Shown here: piece after piece, positions 27,359-35,628 of the stretch
Layout of the letters: the number at the start of each line of letters is the position of its first letter
Numbering within the stretch: the first letter of the stretch is position 1
Assembly: GCA_964631745.1 (NCBI GenBank)
Contig: CAZVWV010000002.1
Location: 999 to 64,998 of the forward strand
Direction: 5' to 3'
Source of the DNA: an uncultured Bdellovibrionales bacterium
Lineage (GTDB): Bacteria > Bdellovibrionota_C > UBA2361 > JBGSMV01
DNA length: 64,000 nucleotides
Notes under the pieces: model-generated
The model's input: the letters and a program-made list of their open reading frames with translations, nothing else
What the model was told of the DNA's origin: nothing
Database searches by the model: none
Program-made: the position numbers and the translations under genes

Positions 27359-28671
27359 CAGTGCGCCCCTTCATAAACGATATTTAAAAAATCACGGTGC
27401 GGAATCTTCCCGGTAGCGGATTCTATGATTCGCTCCTTAAATTCTTCCGAGAATTTTCGGATGATACTGACATATGGCAGCACCATAGTGTCGCCGAAGG
27501 CGCAGATGGTGTGCCCGCCAATCTGACTGCATACGTTTTCGATCAGCGCTAAGTCGCCGGGCATCCCCATACCGCGTGAGATGCGGGTGACGATCTTCTC
27601 GATCCAATGCCCACCCTCGCGACACGGCGTACACTGCCCGCAAGATTCATGCGAGTAGAATCTGGTAAGATTTAAGAGCGCCTCGACCATGTCGGTGGTG
27701 TCATCAAGCACCATGAAACCGGCGCAGCCAAGCGAGGAACCGGCGTTCTTCAAAGAGTCGTAATCCATGGTTAGTCCATCGATCTCGTCGCCACGTAAAA
27801 CTCCGACAGATGATCCACCGGGAATCAGACATTTTAGTTTTCGTCCGTTCCAGATGCCACCCAGTTCATCTTCTATGAATTGGCGCACAGGGTACCCCAT
27901 TTCAATCTCGTAGATGCCGGGCTTATTAATATGGCCGGAGGCGGAGACTAGCTTCGTGCCTGCGGAGTTCTTAACGCCGATCTTTGAGTAGGCAGCGCCG
28001 CCGTTTTCCATAATCCAGGGTACGTTTGCGAGAGTTTCGACGTTGTTAATAACAGTCGGACAGTTCATAAAGCCTGAAACCGCCGGGAAAGGAGGCTTCA
28101 TGCGGGGTTGCCCTTTCTTTCCCTCTAAAGAATTTAGTAGCGCGCTTTCTTCGCCGCAGATGTAAGCGCCAGCGCCGCGATGGATCACCATCTCATGATT
28201 AAAGCCAGAGCCGAAAATATTCTTACCGAGATACCCCGCAGCATAAGCTTCATCGATAGCTGCTTTGGTACGGGCGTAGGGGTAGCCGTATTCGCCGCGC
28301 ACGTAAATGCAAGACCAGTTACTTTGAAGCGCCCAGGCTGCAATCAACATGCCCTCAATCAAGAGATGCGGATCGTTTTCCATCAGCAATCGATCTTTGA
28401 AGGTGCCCGGCTCACTTTCGTCGGCGTTACAGATTAAGTATACGGGCTTCCCGGAATTGCGCGGAACGAAGCTCCACTTCATCCCCATTGGGAACCCGGC
28501 ACCGCCGCGACCACGCAGATTTGAACTTTTTACCTCTTCGATCACTTTCAGAGGATCCATAGCCAGCGCTTTTCTTACATTTTTATAGGCGCCCCGGCTC
28601 TCTGCACCTTGCAAAGTGTGCTGATTAGGCTCACGAATGTTTTTAAGTAGTATTTGTAAATGCTGTGCCAC
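27358..28671 (-). CDS. nuoF: NADH-quinone oxidoreductase subunit F (51-kDa, FMN and NADH binding)
   Basis: GRGGAGFPMGMKW FMN/NADH motif and C-terminal 4Fe-4S cysteines (ESCGQCTPCREG). Confidence 0.9.
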   Translation of the reverse strand: MAQHLQILLKNIREPNQHTLQGAESRGAYKNVRKALAMDPLKVIEEVKSSNLRGRGGAGFPMGMKWSFVPRNSGKPVYLICNADESEPGTFKDRLLMENDPHLLIEGMLIAAWALQSNWSCIYVRGEYGYPYARTKAAIDEAYAAGYLGKNIFGSGFNHEMVIHRGAGAYICGEESALLNSLEGKKGQPRMKPPFPAVSGFMNCPTVINNVETLANVPWIMENGGAAYSKIGVKNSAGTKLVSASGHINKPGIYEIEMGYPVRQFIEDELGGIWNGRKLKCLIPGGSSVGVLRGDEIDGLTMDYDSLKNAGSSLGCAGFMVLDDTTDMVEALLNLTRFYSHESCGQCTPCREGGHWIEKIVTRISRGMGMPGDLALIENVCSQIGGHTICAFGDTMVLPYVSIIRKFSEEFKERIIESATGKIPHRDFLNIVYEGAH

Positions 28672-28689
28672 TGTATCTACTTCAATCTG

Positions 28690-29253
28690 TTAGCCTAAAA
28701 CCTGCGATTTTGAGTAGCCCTTTAAGCCCTCGCCTAATTTATCTTCAATCATCGATAAACTTAAGTTAGGTTTATCCTTTTGAATTTGGTCTACGATCTT
28801 TAAGAGCTCCGCCGCTGTCAGCTTCTCAAAGAAGCAATCATTTACCTGGCACATCGGAGCAGTTCCACATGAGCCCAAACACTCGACCTCTTCGAAGCTG
28901 AACATTCCATCTGGGGTGACTTCCCGGGGCCTTGTGCCAAATTTATGGGCAAGCGCCTCAGAGAGTTTCTTTGAGCCGCGAACCGCACAGGAAAGTGTGC
29001 GGCACACCTGAAAATGATATTTGCCCAGGGGCTTTTGGCGATACATGGAATAGAAGCTGATAAGCTCTTGCACGTGCACGGGGGCAAGTCCTGCTTTTTC
29101 AGATACCCAAGCCACAGCTCTTTCGTCAAGGCAGCCCAGCTCTTCCTGCACTATATATAGTGCCACCATAGCCGCGGATTGCTTACTTGGATAGAGGGCT
29201 TTGACATCCTCAATTCTCTTTTCGGCTTTATCTGAAAGCTTCATCTGTCGCAC
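28690..29253 (-). CDS. nuoE: NADH-quinone oxidoreductase subunit E (24-kDa, 2Fe-2S)
   Basis: CRTLSC...CLGSCGTAPMCQVND thioredoxin-like 2Fe-2S motif. Confidence 0.85.
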   Translation of the reverse strand: MRQMKLSDKAEKRIEDVKALYPSKQSAAMVALYIVQEELGCLDERAVAWVSEKAGLAPVHVQELISFYSMYRQKPLGKYHFQVCRTLSCAVRGSKKLSEALAHKFGTRPREVTPDGMFSFEEVECLGSCGTAPMCQVNDCFFEKLTAAELLKIVDQIQKDKPNLSLSMIEDKLGEGLKGYSKSQVLG

Positions 29254-30518
29254 TCCCCGCCGATCATATTAATCATGCCAAAAATCGGAACGATATCGGC
29301 AATAGAGTGCCCCAAAAGCATCTTGCGCATGGCCCCCATATGAATAAAAGATGGCGCGCGCACATGCACTTTATAAGGGTGGCCGGAGCCGTCTGAGACG
29401 GTGTAAAATCCGAGCTCGCCATTACCCCCCTCGACCGGCATATAGACATCGCCGACCGGGGGTTTAATGCCGTACATTACCATTTCAAAATGGTTAATCA
29501 TTCCGTCGATTGAATTGTAAACCTGTTCCTTGGGAACTAGTGTTATGTGGGGATCGTCTACAGAGATGGGGCCGCCGGGCAGATGTTTCAAGGCTTGCTC
29601 ACAGATGCGCATCGACTGCTCAGCTTCTTGGAACCTCACCAAAAAGCGATCGTAGTTGTCCCCCTTTGAGCCAAGCGGCACGGTGAATTCAAAGTCTTCG
29701 TAGCTTGAATAAGGGAAGGCTTTGCGCACGTCGTAATTTAGGCCGGAGGCGCGTCCCATAGGGCCGGTTAGAGAGTAATCAATCGCTTCCTGCTTAGAAA
29801 CTTTGGCCACGTCGCACATGCGGTCCATGAAGATTCTGTTTCTGGTAAGGAGCCTATCGCAGTCGGAGAGAATCTTGCGAGTTTGTTTAAATGCCTGAGC
29901 CATCTTTTCGCCAAAGCCGTCGGGCAGATCGTAACGTAGGCCCCCTACTCTGCCGTAGGAAATTGTGAGGCGTGCCCCGGTGACGTCCTCGATAAGCTCC
30001 CAGAGCAGCTCTCTAGCTTCAATCATGTATAACATGACGGTAAAGGCACCGAGTTCCATGGCAGAGGCGCCGAGACAGGTAAGGTGATCTGAAACGCGCG
30101 AGATCTCAGACATAATCACGCGAATATATTGGCACCGTCTTGGAACTTCGATTCCTAAAAGCTTTTCGATCGTGAGGCACCAGCCCACGTTGTTGATTAT
30201 GGGAGAAACATAATTTAGGCGATCAGCGTACGGCATGACTTGGTTGTAGTCGACCGTCTCGCACATTTTTTCGAAGCCGCGGTGCAGATAACCGACTTCG
30301 ACGTCGGCGTCGATGATGCGTTCCCCGACTAACTCGGCGACCACCCGCACAGTGCCGTGTGTGGCGGGATGGGCCGGTCCGAAGTTTAAGATCATGCTCT
30401 CCGAGTGCAGATCGTCTCCCAATTTGTGAGAGCGCATGTGGGTAGTGACGCCGCCAGCGCCGTAATCTACGTTTAGAAGCTCTTTATCGGGAACGGCCGA
30501 ATAATTAGACTCACTCAT
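29241..30518 (-). CDS. nuoD: NADH-quinone oxidoreductase subunit D (49-kDa)
   Basis: 425 aa. NFGPAHPATHG and the C-terminal RAPSF.HMGAM motifs of the NiFe-hydrogenase-like 49-kDa subunit. Confidence 0.9.
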   Translation of the reverse strand: MSESNYSAVPDKELLNVDYGAGGVTTHMRSHKLGDDLHSESMILNFGPAHPATHGTVRVVAELVGERIIDADVEVGYLHRGFEKMCETVDYNQVMPYADRLNYVSPIINNVGWCLTIEKLLGIEVPRRCQYIRVIMSEISRVSDHLTCLGASAMELGAFTVMLYMIEARELLWELIEDVTGARLTISYGRVGGLRYDLPDGFGEKMAQAFKQTRKILSDCDRLLTRNRIFMDRMCDVAKVSKQEAIDYSLTGPMGRASGLNYDVRKAFPYSSYEDFEFTVPLGSKGDNYDRFLVRFQEAEQSMRICEQALKHLPGGPISVDDPHITLVPKEQVYNSIDGMINHFEMVMYGIKPPVGDVYMPVEGGNGELGFYTVSDGSGHPYKVHVRAPSFIHMGAMRKMLLGHSIADIVPIFGMINMIGGECDR

Positions 30519-31177
30519 CGAGCAGCCTCCCTGTGATGCACTCCTAAATTCTGCTGCGGCTTATCTGTAGTCTCGGTAGATGTTTGCCCGGAAACTTTTC
30601 TTGAAATTTGAACCAATTCCGGCCGCAGCATCTTTCGTGCCGTGTTTTCAACTTCAGGTGCTCGGAGTTTTACGCGCGGCTGCTTGGCCTGCACTGGGTA
30701 GTCCTTTCGCAGTGGATAACCCTTGAACTCATCATACATAAGTATGCGCCTTAGGTCTGGGTGGTTACGGAATTGGATGCCGTACATATCCCAAACTTCG
30801 CGTTCCATAAAATTCGCGCTGGACCAAAGCGGCACTAGGCTTTCGATCTCTGATTCTTGCTCCGGCAGATCGAGTTTCACCCGCAAACGGTGTAGTTTTG
30901 TGGTGCTAAGCAGGTGGTAAACAAGCTCGAAACGATGCTCACGAGCGTCCATCCAATCAACAGCGGTGACACTTAGCAAAAGATCGAAATCAAGTTCGGC
31001 ATCAAGCTTTAAGAGTCTAAATAAATCGATGGCGTTCTGCGGGCTGATGCGAACTACAACGTCGCCGAGACTTAGATCAGCCTCTAAAAGTTGGCTGCCA
31101 AGCTTTGCCTTTAATAAGGCTAAAAGCTCCTGATTTCTAACCGGTTCTTTTTCCATAAGGACTACGATTGGGCGCAC
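30515..31177 (-). CDS. nuoC: NADH-quinone oxidoreductase subunit C (30-kDa)
   Basis: 220 aa with conserved EREVWDMYGI.F..HPDLRRIL. It is the first gene of the operon; nuoA and nuoB are not upstream. Confidence 0.85.
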   Translation of the reverse strand: MRPIVVLMEKEPVRNQELLALLKAKLGSQLLEADLSLGDVVVRISPQNAIDLFRLLKLDAELDFDLLLSVTAVDWMDAREHRFELVYHLLSTTKLHRLRVKLDLPEQESEIESLVPLWSSANFMEREVWDMYGIQFRNHPDLRRILMYDEFKGYPLRKDYPVQAKQPRVKLRAPEVENTARKMLRPELVQISRKVSGQTSTETTDKPQQNLGVHHREAAR

Positions 31178-31329
31178 ACTTCCGTGTGTACTGCAAAAAC
31201 TCCTAATTTGGCACGCAAAACGATACTCGCACTGTTGGTTTTATCGAATGCGCCTCTGCCTTGCAAGCTACTAAGGCGGTTGAGGTTCATGGCTTGCGTT
31301 AGAACATAAGAATTATATAGTGCTCCCCC

Positions 31330-33315
31330 ATGATTTCAGAGGAAGAAAAGAGCCTTATCAGCAAGGAAGAGGAAATTCTTAAAACGACGATTGATTCTTT
31401 GGCTTCGCAACAAAAGCACGGGTTTGGGCGGCTAGGAGCGGAGAATATACGTGCTCGAACGTTGACGGCTGAGCTAGTGCTCACGAGACGGGCTGAGGAC
31501 AAGCAGCTTTTGGCGTCGGACGAAGCAGTTTCACATGCCTTAATTGGAAAGAAGAAAGAGGAGCTTAAGAACATCGACCTGCTTCTAAAAAACCCGTATT
31601 TCGCGCGTTTTGAGGTGCAAGAGATACCGTCCCGGGGCGGTAGTAGTGTTGGCGAGGCGCGAAAGATTGAGTACAAGCTCGGATTTGTGGCCAATCCGGA
31701 CTGCCGCATCATGGATTGGCGCAAGGCGCCTATCTCAAAGCTTTATTACGAGTATAAGGAAGGTGACGAATATTTTGAGGAGATCCAGGGGCGAGAGCGT
31801 GAGGGCACTATAACGTTAAGGCATGCGCTGGAGATCTCGGCCGGTGCGTTGACCAAAGTTAGTGGCGCCAAGGGAACCTTCGTTAAGAAGGGCGAGGTTT
31901 GGGAGAAACGCGGCGAGGCTGGCGGCGATGAACATCAGAGCGGCACTCTGCCACATATCCTTAGCCTTATTACCCCCGAGCAGTTCAAAACCATTTCGGA
32001 AGAATCAACCATTCCGTTATTGATTCAGGGCGTAGCGGGCTCGGGCAAGACCACCGTGGCTCTGCATCGCTTGGCGTGGTTGCTGCATGAGGAAAACTCT
32101 GCCCTGCTTTCGTCTGAGTGTTTGGTGTTGGTGTTAAGTCAAACATTGAAGCGATACATCACAGGCTTGTTGCCTGCGGTTGGCGCGCCTGAAGTAAAGA
32201 TTCAAACCTTTGCCGAGTGGGCGGCGGAAACAATTTCGCATTTTATGCCTGCATTCTGCGGTGAAGATGGAAGGCTACAAGTGCTTAATATTGAGCCTCC
32301 GCTTGGCGTGCAACGCGTTAAGACCAGCATGGCGCTCCTAAGGATGCTTGAGAGCGAGCGTGACATTGCGGATCCTTACGACCTCTTAATTAGATGCTTG
32401 TCAAATTATCGCCAATTAATTGAATTGGATGAAACCAAGCTTTTAGATCGCGAGGTGATCGATGCTGCCCTAAGCCGCACCATCAGCAATCGGGAGCAGG
32501 CAACTCTCGAAGCGTGCGATCTGGCGTTTTTCATGCGTGCGCTTGAGCTAAGGGAGAAACAGATATTTCTTCCTGACAAAAAAACTGGGCATCTTGGGCA
32601 TTTAGTGGCAGACGAAGTTCAGGACATGAGCGCGCTTGAGCTTGCTTGTATTTTCGGGGGAGTCAAAAAATCCGGAAGTGTGACCTTGGTGGGTGACACC
32701 TCTCAGGCCCTCTCCGGAAAGCAGTTTGTTGGCTGGGAGAAACTGCGAAGCTATTGGGGGCTTAAGGATTCACTTTCCAGATTTATCACCTTGGATGTTA
32801 GTCACCGCTCAACGCAACAGATCATGCGCTTTGCCAACTACGTGCAAGGCAATCAGTCCAAGGCACAAGGCAGGGAGGGTCGCCCGCCGATTCTCTTCAA
32901 ATGCGCAGGTCATCAAGCAGCCTTAAGTGCCGCCATGAATTGGTTGAACGAAGCCATGAAACGGTATCCAAACGCCCTCACTTGTGTAATTTGCGGGACT
33001 TCCCAACAGGCCAAGGAGTTGCATGGGCTCTTGGAACCAACCTTCGGTGCGGCGTTGAGAATCGGCCAGACCGAGGACTTTAGCTTTGAAGAAGGCATTG
33101 TGATTGCGCCACTACAGGTGGTGCGGGGCTTAGAGTTTGTAAACGTGCTGATTTGGGAACCGGATTCAAAGTTCTTCCCGGCCGATGAGCACGGGCGGAA
33201 TTTATTTTACACCGCAGCCACCAGGGCCTCGCAGAATTTGTGTATGGTGGCGAGTAAGGCTTTGAGCGCACTAATGCCAAGAGAGGAGAGTCGCTTGATG
33301 CGGGTGGTGGCGTGA
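31330..33315 (+). CDS. helD: HelD-like (helicase IV class) UvrD-family helicase that would associate with RNA polymerase
   Basis: The N-terminal domain motif RIMDWRKAPISKLYYEYKEGDEY matches B. subtilis HelD ([23 protein letters not shown]). Walker A LLIQGVAGSGKTTVALHRLAWLL and a C-terminal UvrD-like 2A domain. Confidence 0.7.
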   Translation: MISEEEKSLISKEEEILKTTIDSLASQQKHGFGRLGAENIRARTLTAELVLTRRAEDKQLLASDEAVSHALIGKKKEELKNIDLLLKNPYFARFEVQEIPSRGGSSVGEARKIEYKLGFVANPDCRIMDWRKAPISKLYYEYKEGDEYFEEIQGREREGTITLRHALEISAGALTKVSGAKGTFVKKGEVWEKRGEAGGDEHQSGTLPHILSLITPEQFKTISEESTIPLLIQGVAGSGKTTVALHRLAWLLHEENSALLSSECLVLVLSQTLKRYITGLLPAVGAPEVKIQTFAEWAAETISHFMPAFCGEDGRLQVLNIEPPLGVQRVKTSMALLRMLESERDIADPYDLLIRCLSNYRQLIELDETKLLDREVIDAALSRTISNREQATLEACDLAFFMRALELREKQIFLPDKKTGHLGHLVADEVQDMSALELACIFGGVKKSGSVTLVGDTSQALSGKQFVGWEKLRSYWGLKDSLSRFITLDVSHRSTQQIMRFANYVQGNQSKAQGREGRPPILFKCAGHQAALSAAMNWLNEAMKRYPNALTCVICGTSQQAKELHGLLEPTFGAALRIGQTEDFSFEEGIVIAPLQVVRGLEFVNVLIWEPDSKFFPADEHGRNLFYTAATRASQNLCMVASKALSALMPREESRLMRVVA

Positions 33316-33372
33316 GGGGCGCGCGGATTGGTGTATTTGCTTATTATGTATATGCCTCAACCGCGTGATTCG

Positions 33373-33789
33373 CTACAGGCCACAATACTTACCAATTTGC
33401 AGCGCGAAATCCCTAAAAACACACATTTCAGTCGTTATTTTTTCGAAAACCCTGCCCCATTCAATAGTCGCGTATCGATGCACTAACAAATTCCTAAACC
33501 CTACCGCTTTCGAAAGTTTCTCAGCCAGCGATTTTTCTATTATTCCCTTTCCGCCAAGCTCCAAGAATAGGCTTCCTGCCGACAAACCACCGAGATCATC
33601 AAGGTCTGAGGCAAGATGCGCAGCTATGTCGATACAGTTCTGTACCGCGCGCTCTAGGTTTACCGAAATGATGTCTTGGATATCAAGATCCACGAAAAGT
33701 CGGTCAGCCGACTCTGGCATCTTACTCTCAATTCGCGCCACGCAATTTCTTAGATTTTCTAACTTTTGTGCAACTAACTTTCTATCCAT
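33373..33789 (-). CDS. hepT: HepT-type HEPN toxin (DUF86)
   Basis: 138 aa. The R-x4-H HEPN motif RNLLVHRY. Overlaps the upstream MntA gene by 8 nt (ATGAATAA). Confidence 0.8.
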   Translation of the reverse strand: MDRKLVAQKLENLRNCVARIESKMPESADRLFVDLDIQDIISVNLERAVQNCIDIAAHLASDLDDLGGLSAGSLFLELGGKGIIEKSLAEKLSKAVGFRNLLVHRYATIEWGRVFEKITTEMCVFRDFALQIGKYCGL

Positions 33790-34192
33790 GAATAAACCTT
33801 TCGCGACGCGCTTTAAGTATCGACTCCCACAACGGAATGTAGTCTAGTCCTTCCATCAAACACCGGGAGATAAGATTACCATACAACTCAGAATTTCGAT
33901 TAATAAGCGTTACCCTGCAAGAGACGATCTGCTGCAGCAAGACTCCGGATGCTGCCCGAAGATCAATGAGATCGATTTCTTTATTGGTTTTTTGAGATAA
34001 GCGCTGCGCCAAGTTAAGACGTTCATCCATGGTGAGCGGATGTTTCATTGCCACTGCTATATCGATATCACTATGCGACGTGGCGCCCCCATTTGCATAC
34101 GACCCGAAGCAGATCGCCAGTTGAAGATTGGGGATCTCCGTTAGAGTGTTTTTGATTGTTTCCAACAGACTCGACAGTATTTTCTTGGGCAT
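33782..34192 (-). CDS. mntA: MntA-type minimal nucleotidyltransferase antitoxin
   Basis: The Pol-beta NTase motif GSYANGGATSHSDIDIAV (GS...SDxD). Confidence 0.8.
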   Translation of the reverse strand: MPKKILSSLLETIKNTLTEIPNLQLAICFGSYANGGATSHSDIDIAVAMKHPLTMDERLNLAQRLSQKTNKEIDLIDLRAASGVLLQQIVSCRVTLINRNSELYGNLISRCLMEGLDYIPLWESILKARRERFIHG

Positions 34193-34335
34193 AACTTCAG
34201 CCGAACTTAAAATTGGTACGATATCAGAGCATTATATACTACTCTAAAAGAGAGAGGAAGCTTCGCGCGCGGAAGCTCATGTACAAAAATCTCTCGATTT
34301 TCGCTCAGAGACCATGCGCAATTTTTCAGCTGCTG

Positions 34336-35109
34336 TTACGCCAATATCGGGCAGGCGCCACGGATTGAGCCATAATGCGCTTTATCTTTACTGCCGGGGG
34401 TGTGGTTCACTTCGCCCTTCTTGTTGATATATAGGCAGCCCAGCTGAGTTGGTTTGAGCTGTTTTACCATGGCGTGCGCCTGGTCTAGTGCTTTGATCCA
34501 ACGCAGCTTAATCTGCTTTGGATCAACCTCCACACGCAAGGTCTCCTGAGCTAACAGGTCGGGGGTAATCCTGGCATTTCTAGCGATCATTTCTAGAATT
34601 AGTTCCGGCGTAAAGCCCGGATCCTTTCCGCAAGCTGCCCAGCAACACGCTCCAAGATGCAGGAGCGTATCGTGAATTGAAAGTATGTCGATTACGTCAC
34701 GAACCTCGGTGCGCCCCGCCAGGGCGAGGCACTTGTTAATGGCGGCATCTATCTCATGCAGCCGGTAGCCTAGGTCAGGGTCAGGTATAATGGGGAAGAA
34801 ACGAAAGGCAGAGTCGCTTGTCCATTCAAGCTTCACTCCGTCGTTAGTATCCTTAACAAAGGCTCTGACAAAGTTGGGTGTTTCAATCAGTACTTCAACT
34901 TTAAATCCATTACCTTTTAGGGTGTTTATATCGGCAATGGCGCTTAATGTTACGCTCGCAGCAGGATCATGAAAGAGATCGATATCTCTGGAAAACCGCG
35001 GCGAATCCGGAGATCTATTTATTACGGTTGCTCCGGCGACATAGCTTTCCGGATTTCGATTTACCGCAAGCAGCGAGAGAACCTTTCGTTGGAATGGTGT
35101 TAAGGGCAT
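34336..35109 (-). CDS. AbiEii/AbiGii-family nucleotidyltransferase toxin-like protein (DUF1814)
   Basis: VAGATVINRSPDSPRFSRDIDLFHD matches the family signature GGTAL...R.SEDlDF. 257 aa. Translationally coupled to the upstream small ORF by a 10-nt overlap. Confidence 0.6.
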   Translation of the reverse strand: MPLTPFQRKVLSLLAVNRNPESYVAGATVINRSPDSPRFSRDIDLFHDPAASVTLSAIADINTLKGNGFKVEVLIETPNFVRAFVKDTNDGVKLEWTSDSAFRFFPIIPDPDLGYRLHEIDAAINKCLALAGRTEVRDVIDILSIHDTLLHLGACCWAACGKDPGFTPELILEMIARNARITPDLLAQETLRVEVDPKQIKLRWIKALDQAHAMVKQLKPTQLGCLYINKKGEVNHTPGSKDKAHYGSIRGACPILA

Positions 35110-35495
35110 AGTTTCGATGCCTCCATATAACCGATGCGGCCGCCATAAGTTTTCAGGCCCTTTATAATTTGCGGTAAGTCAGTCGCGGTAATAATTAAGT
35201 CCCGTTTCATGTGCCAGAAACATTGCTCATAGTACTTTTCAAAAAGCTGTTGGGCCCGCTCCAGAACCGAATCCGTCTCTTTAGGACTGGCCTCACTAGT
35301 CGTCATAGCAGCCACGAAGCGCCGCAGCACTTCATTAATTTTGCGCTGATACCCAGGGCCTGAGCCCTTGAACCAGTCCACAATTTCGCGATCAAGCTTT
35401 ATAAATACCGGAACCTTAGGGGACTTGTCCTGTTTAAAGATGTCACCGGCAGCCTGGGCCAACTTTAGGTTGGCTTGGGAAATTGATCTTGGCAT
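35100..35495 (-). CDS. Putative antitoxin: a BrnA-like (DUF4415) segment fused to a ~55-aa C-terminal extension
   Basis: KVPVFIKLDREIVDWFKGSGPGYQRKINEVLRRFV resembles the BrnA core (I.LDedVLeWFk...GyQt.iN..LR.y). It is upstream of, and overlaps, the AbiEii-like gene. Confidence 0.45.
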   Translation of the reverse strand: MPRSISQANLKLAQAAGDIFKQDKSPKVPVFIKLDREIVDWFKGSGPGYQRKINEVLRRFVAAMTTSEASPKETDSVLERAQQLFEKYYEQCFWHMKRDLIITATDLPQIIKGLKTYGGRIGYMEASKLCP

Positions 35496-35519
35496 ATATA
35501 TGATTATATATATGATTCA
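35496..35519. promoter_or_regulatory. Perfect 2 x 12-bp direct repeat (ATATATATGATT)x2 abutting the start codon of the 35100..35495 gene. Candidate autoregulatory operator or UP element.
   Basis: Seen directly in the sequence at 35496..35507 and 35508..35519. Confidence 0.35.
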
Positions 35520-35628
35520 TATTTTGGGTCAAGCACGATTATGGGAGGCTACCTAGCCTGATATATCGGCATCGTTGTATGGCGAAACGCCGTTATTTGA
35601 CTAAGAATCATGTTGGTTTAGACCGGGA

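Noticed and set aside
19111-27416. Many 60-160-aa ORFs antisense to or overlapping the nuo genes (for example 19111..19305, 20651..20893, 22997..23239, 24784..25065, 26897..27376)
   Set aside because: They lie entirely within long, well-supported nuo coding sequences on the opposite strand or in an alternative frame. They show no domain signal and have Arg/Ser/Pro-rich composition typical of shadow ORFs.
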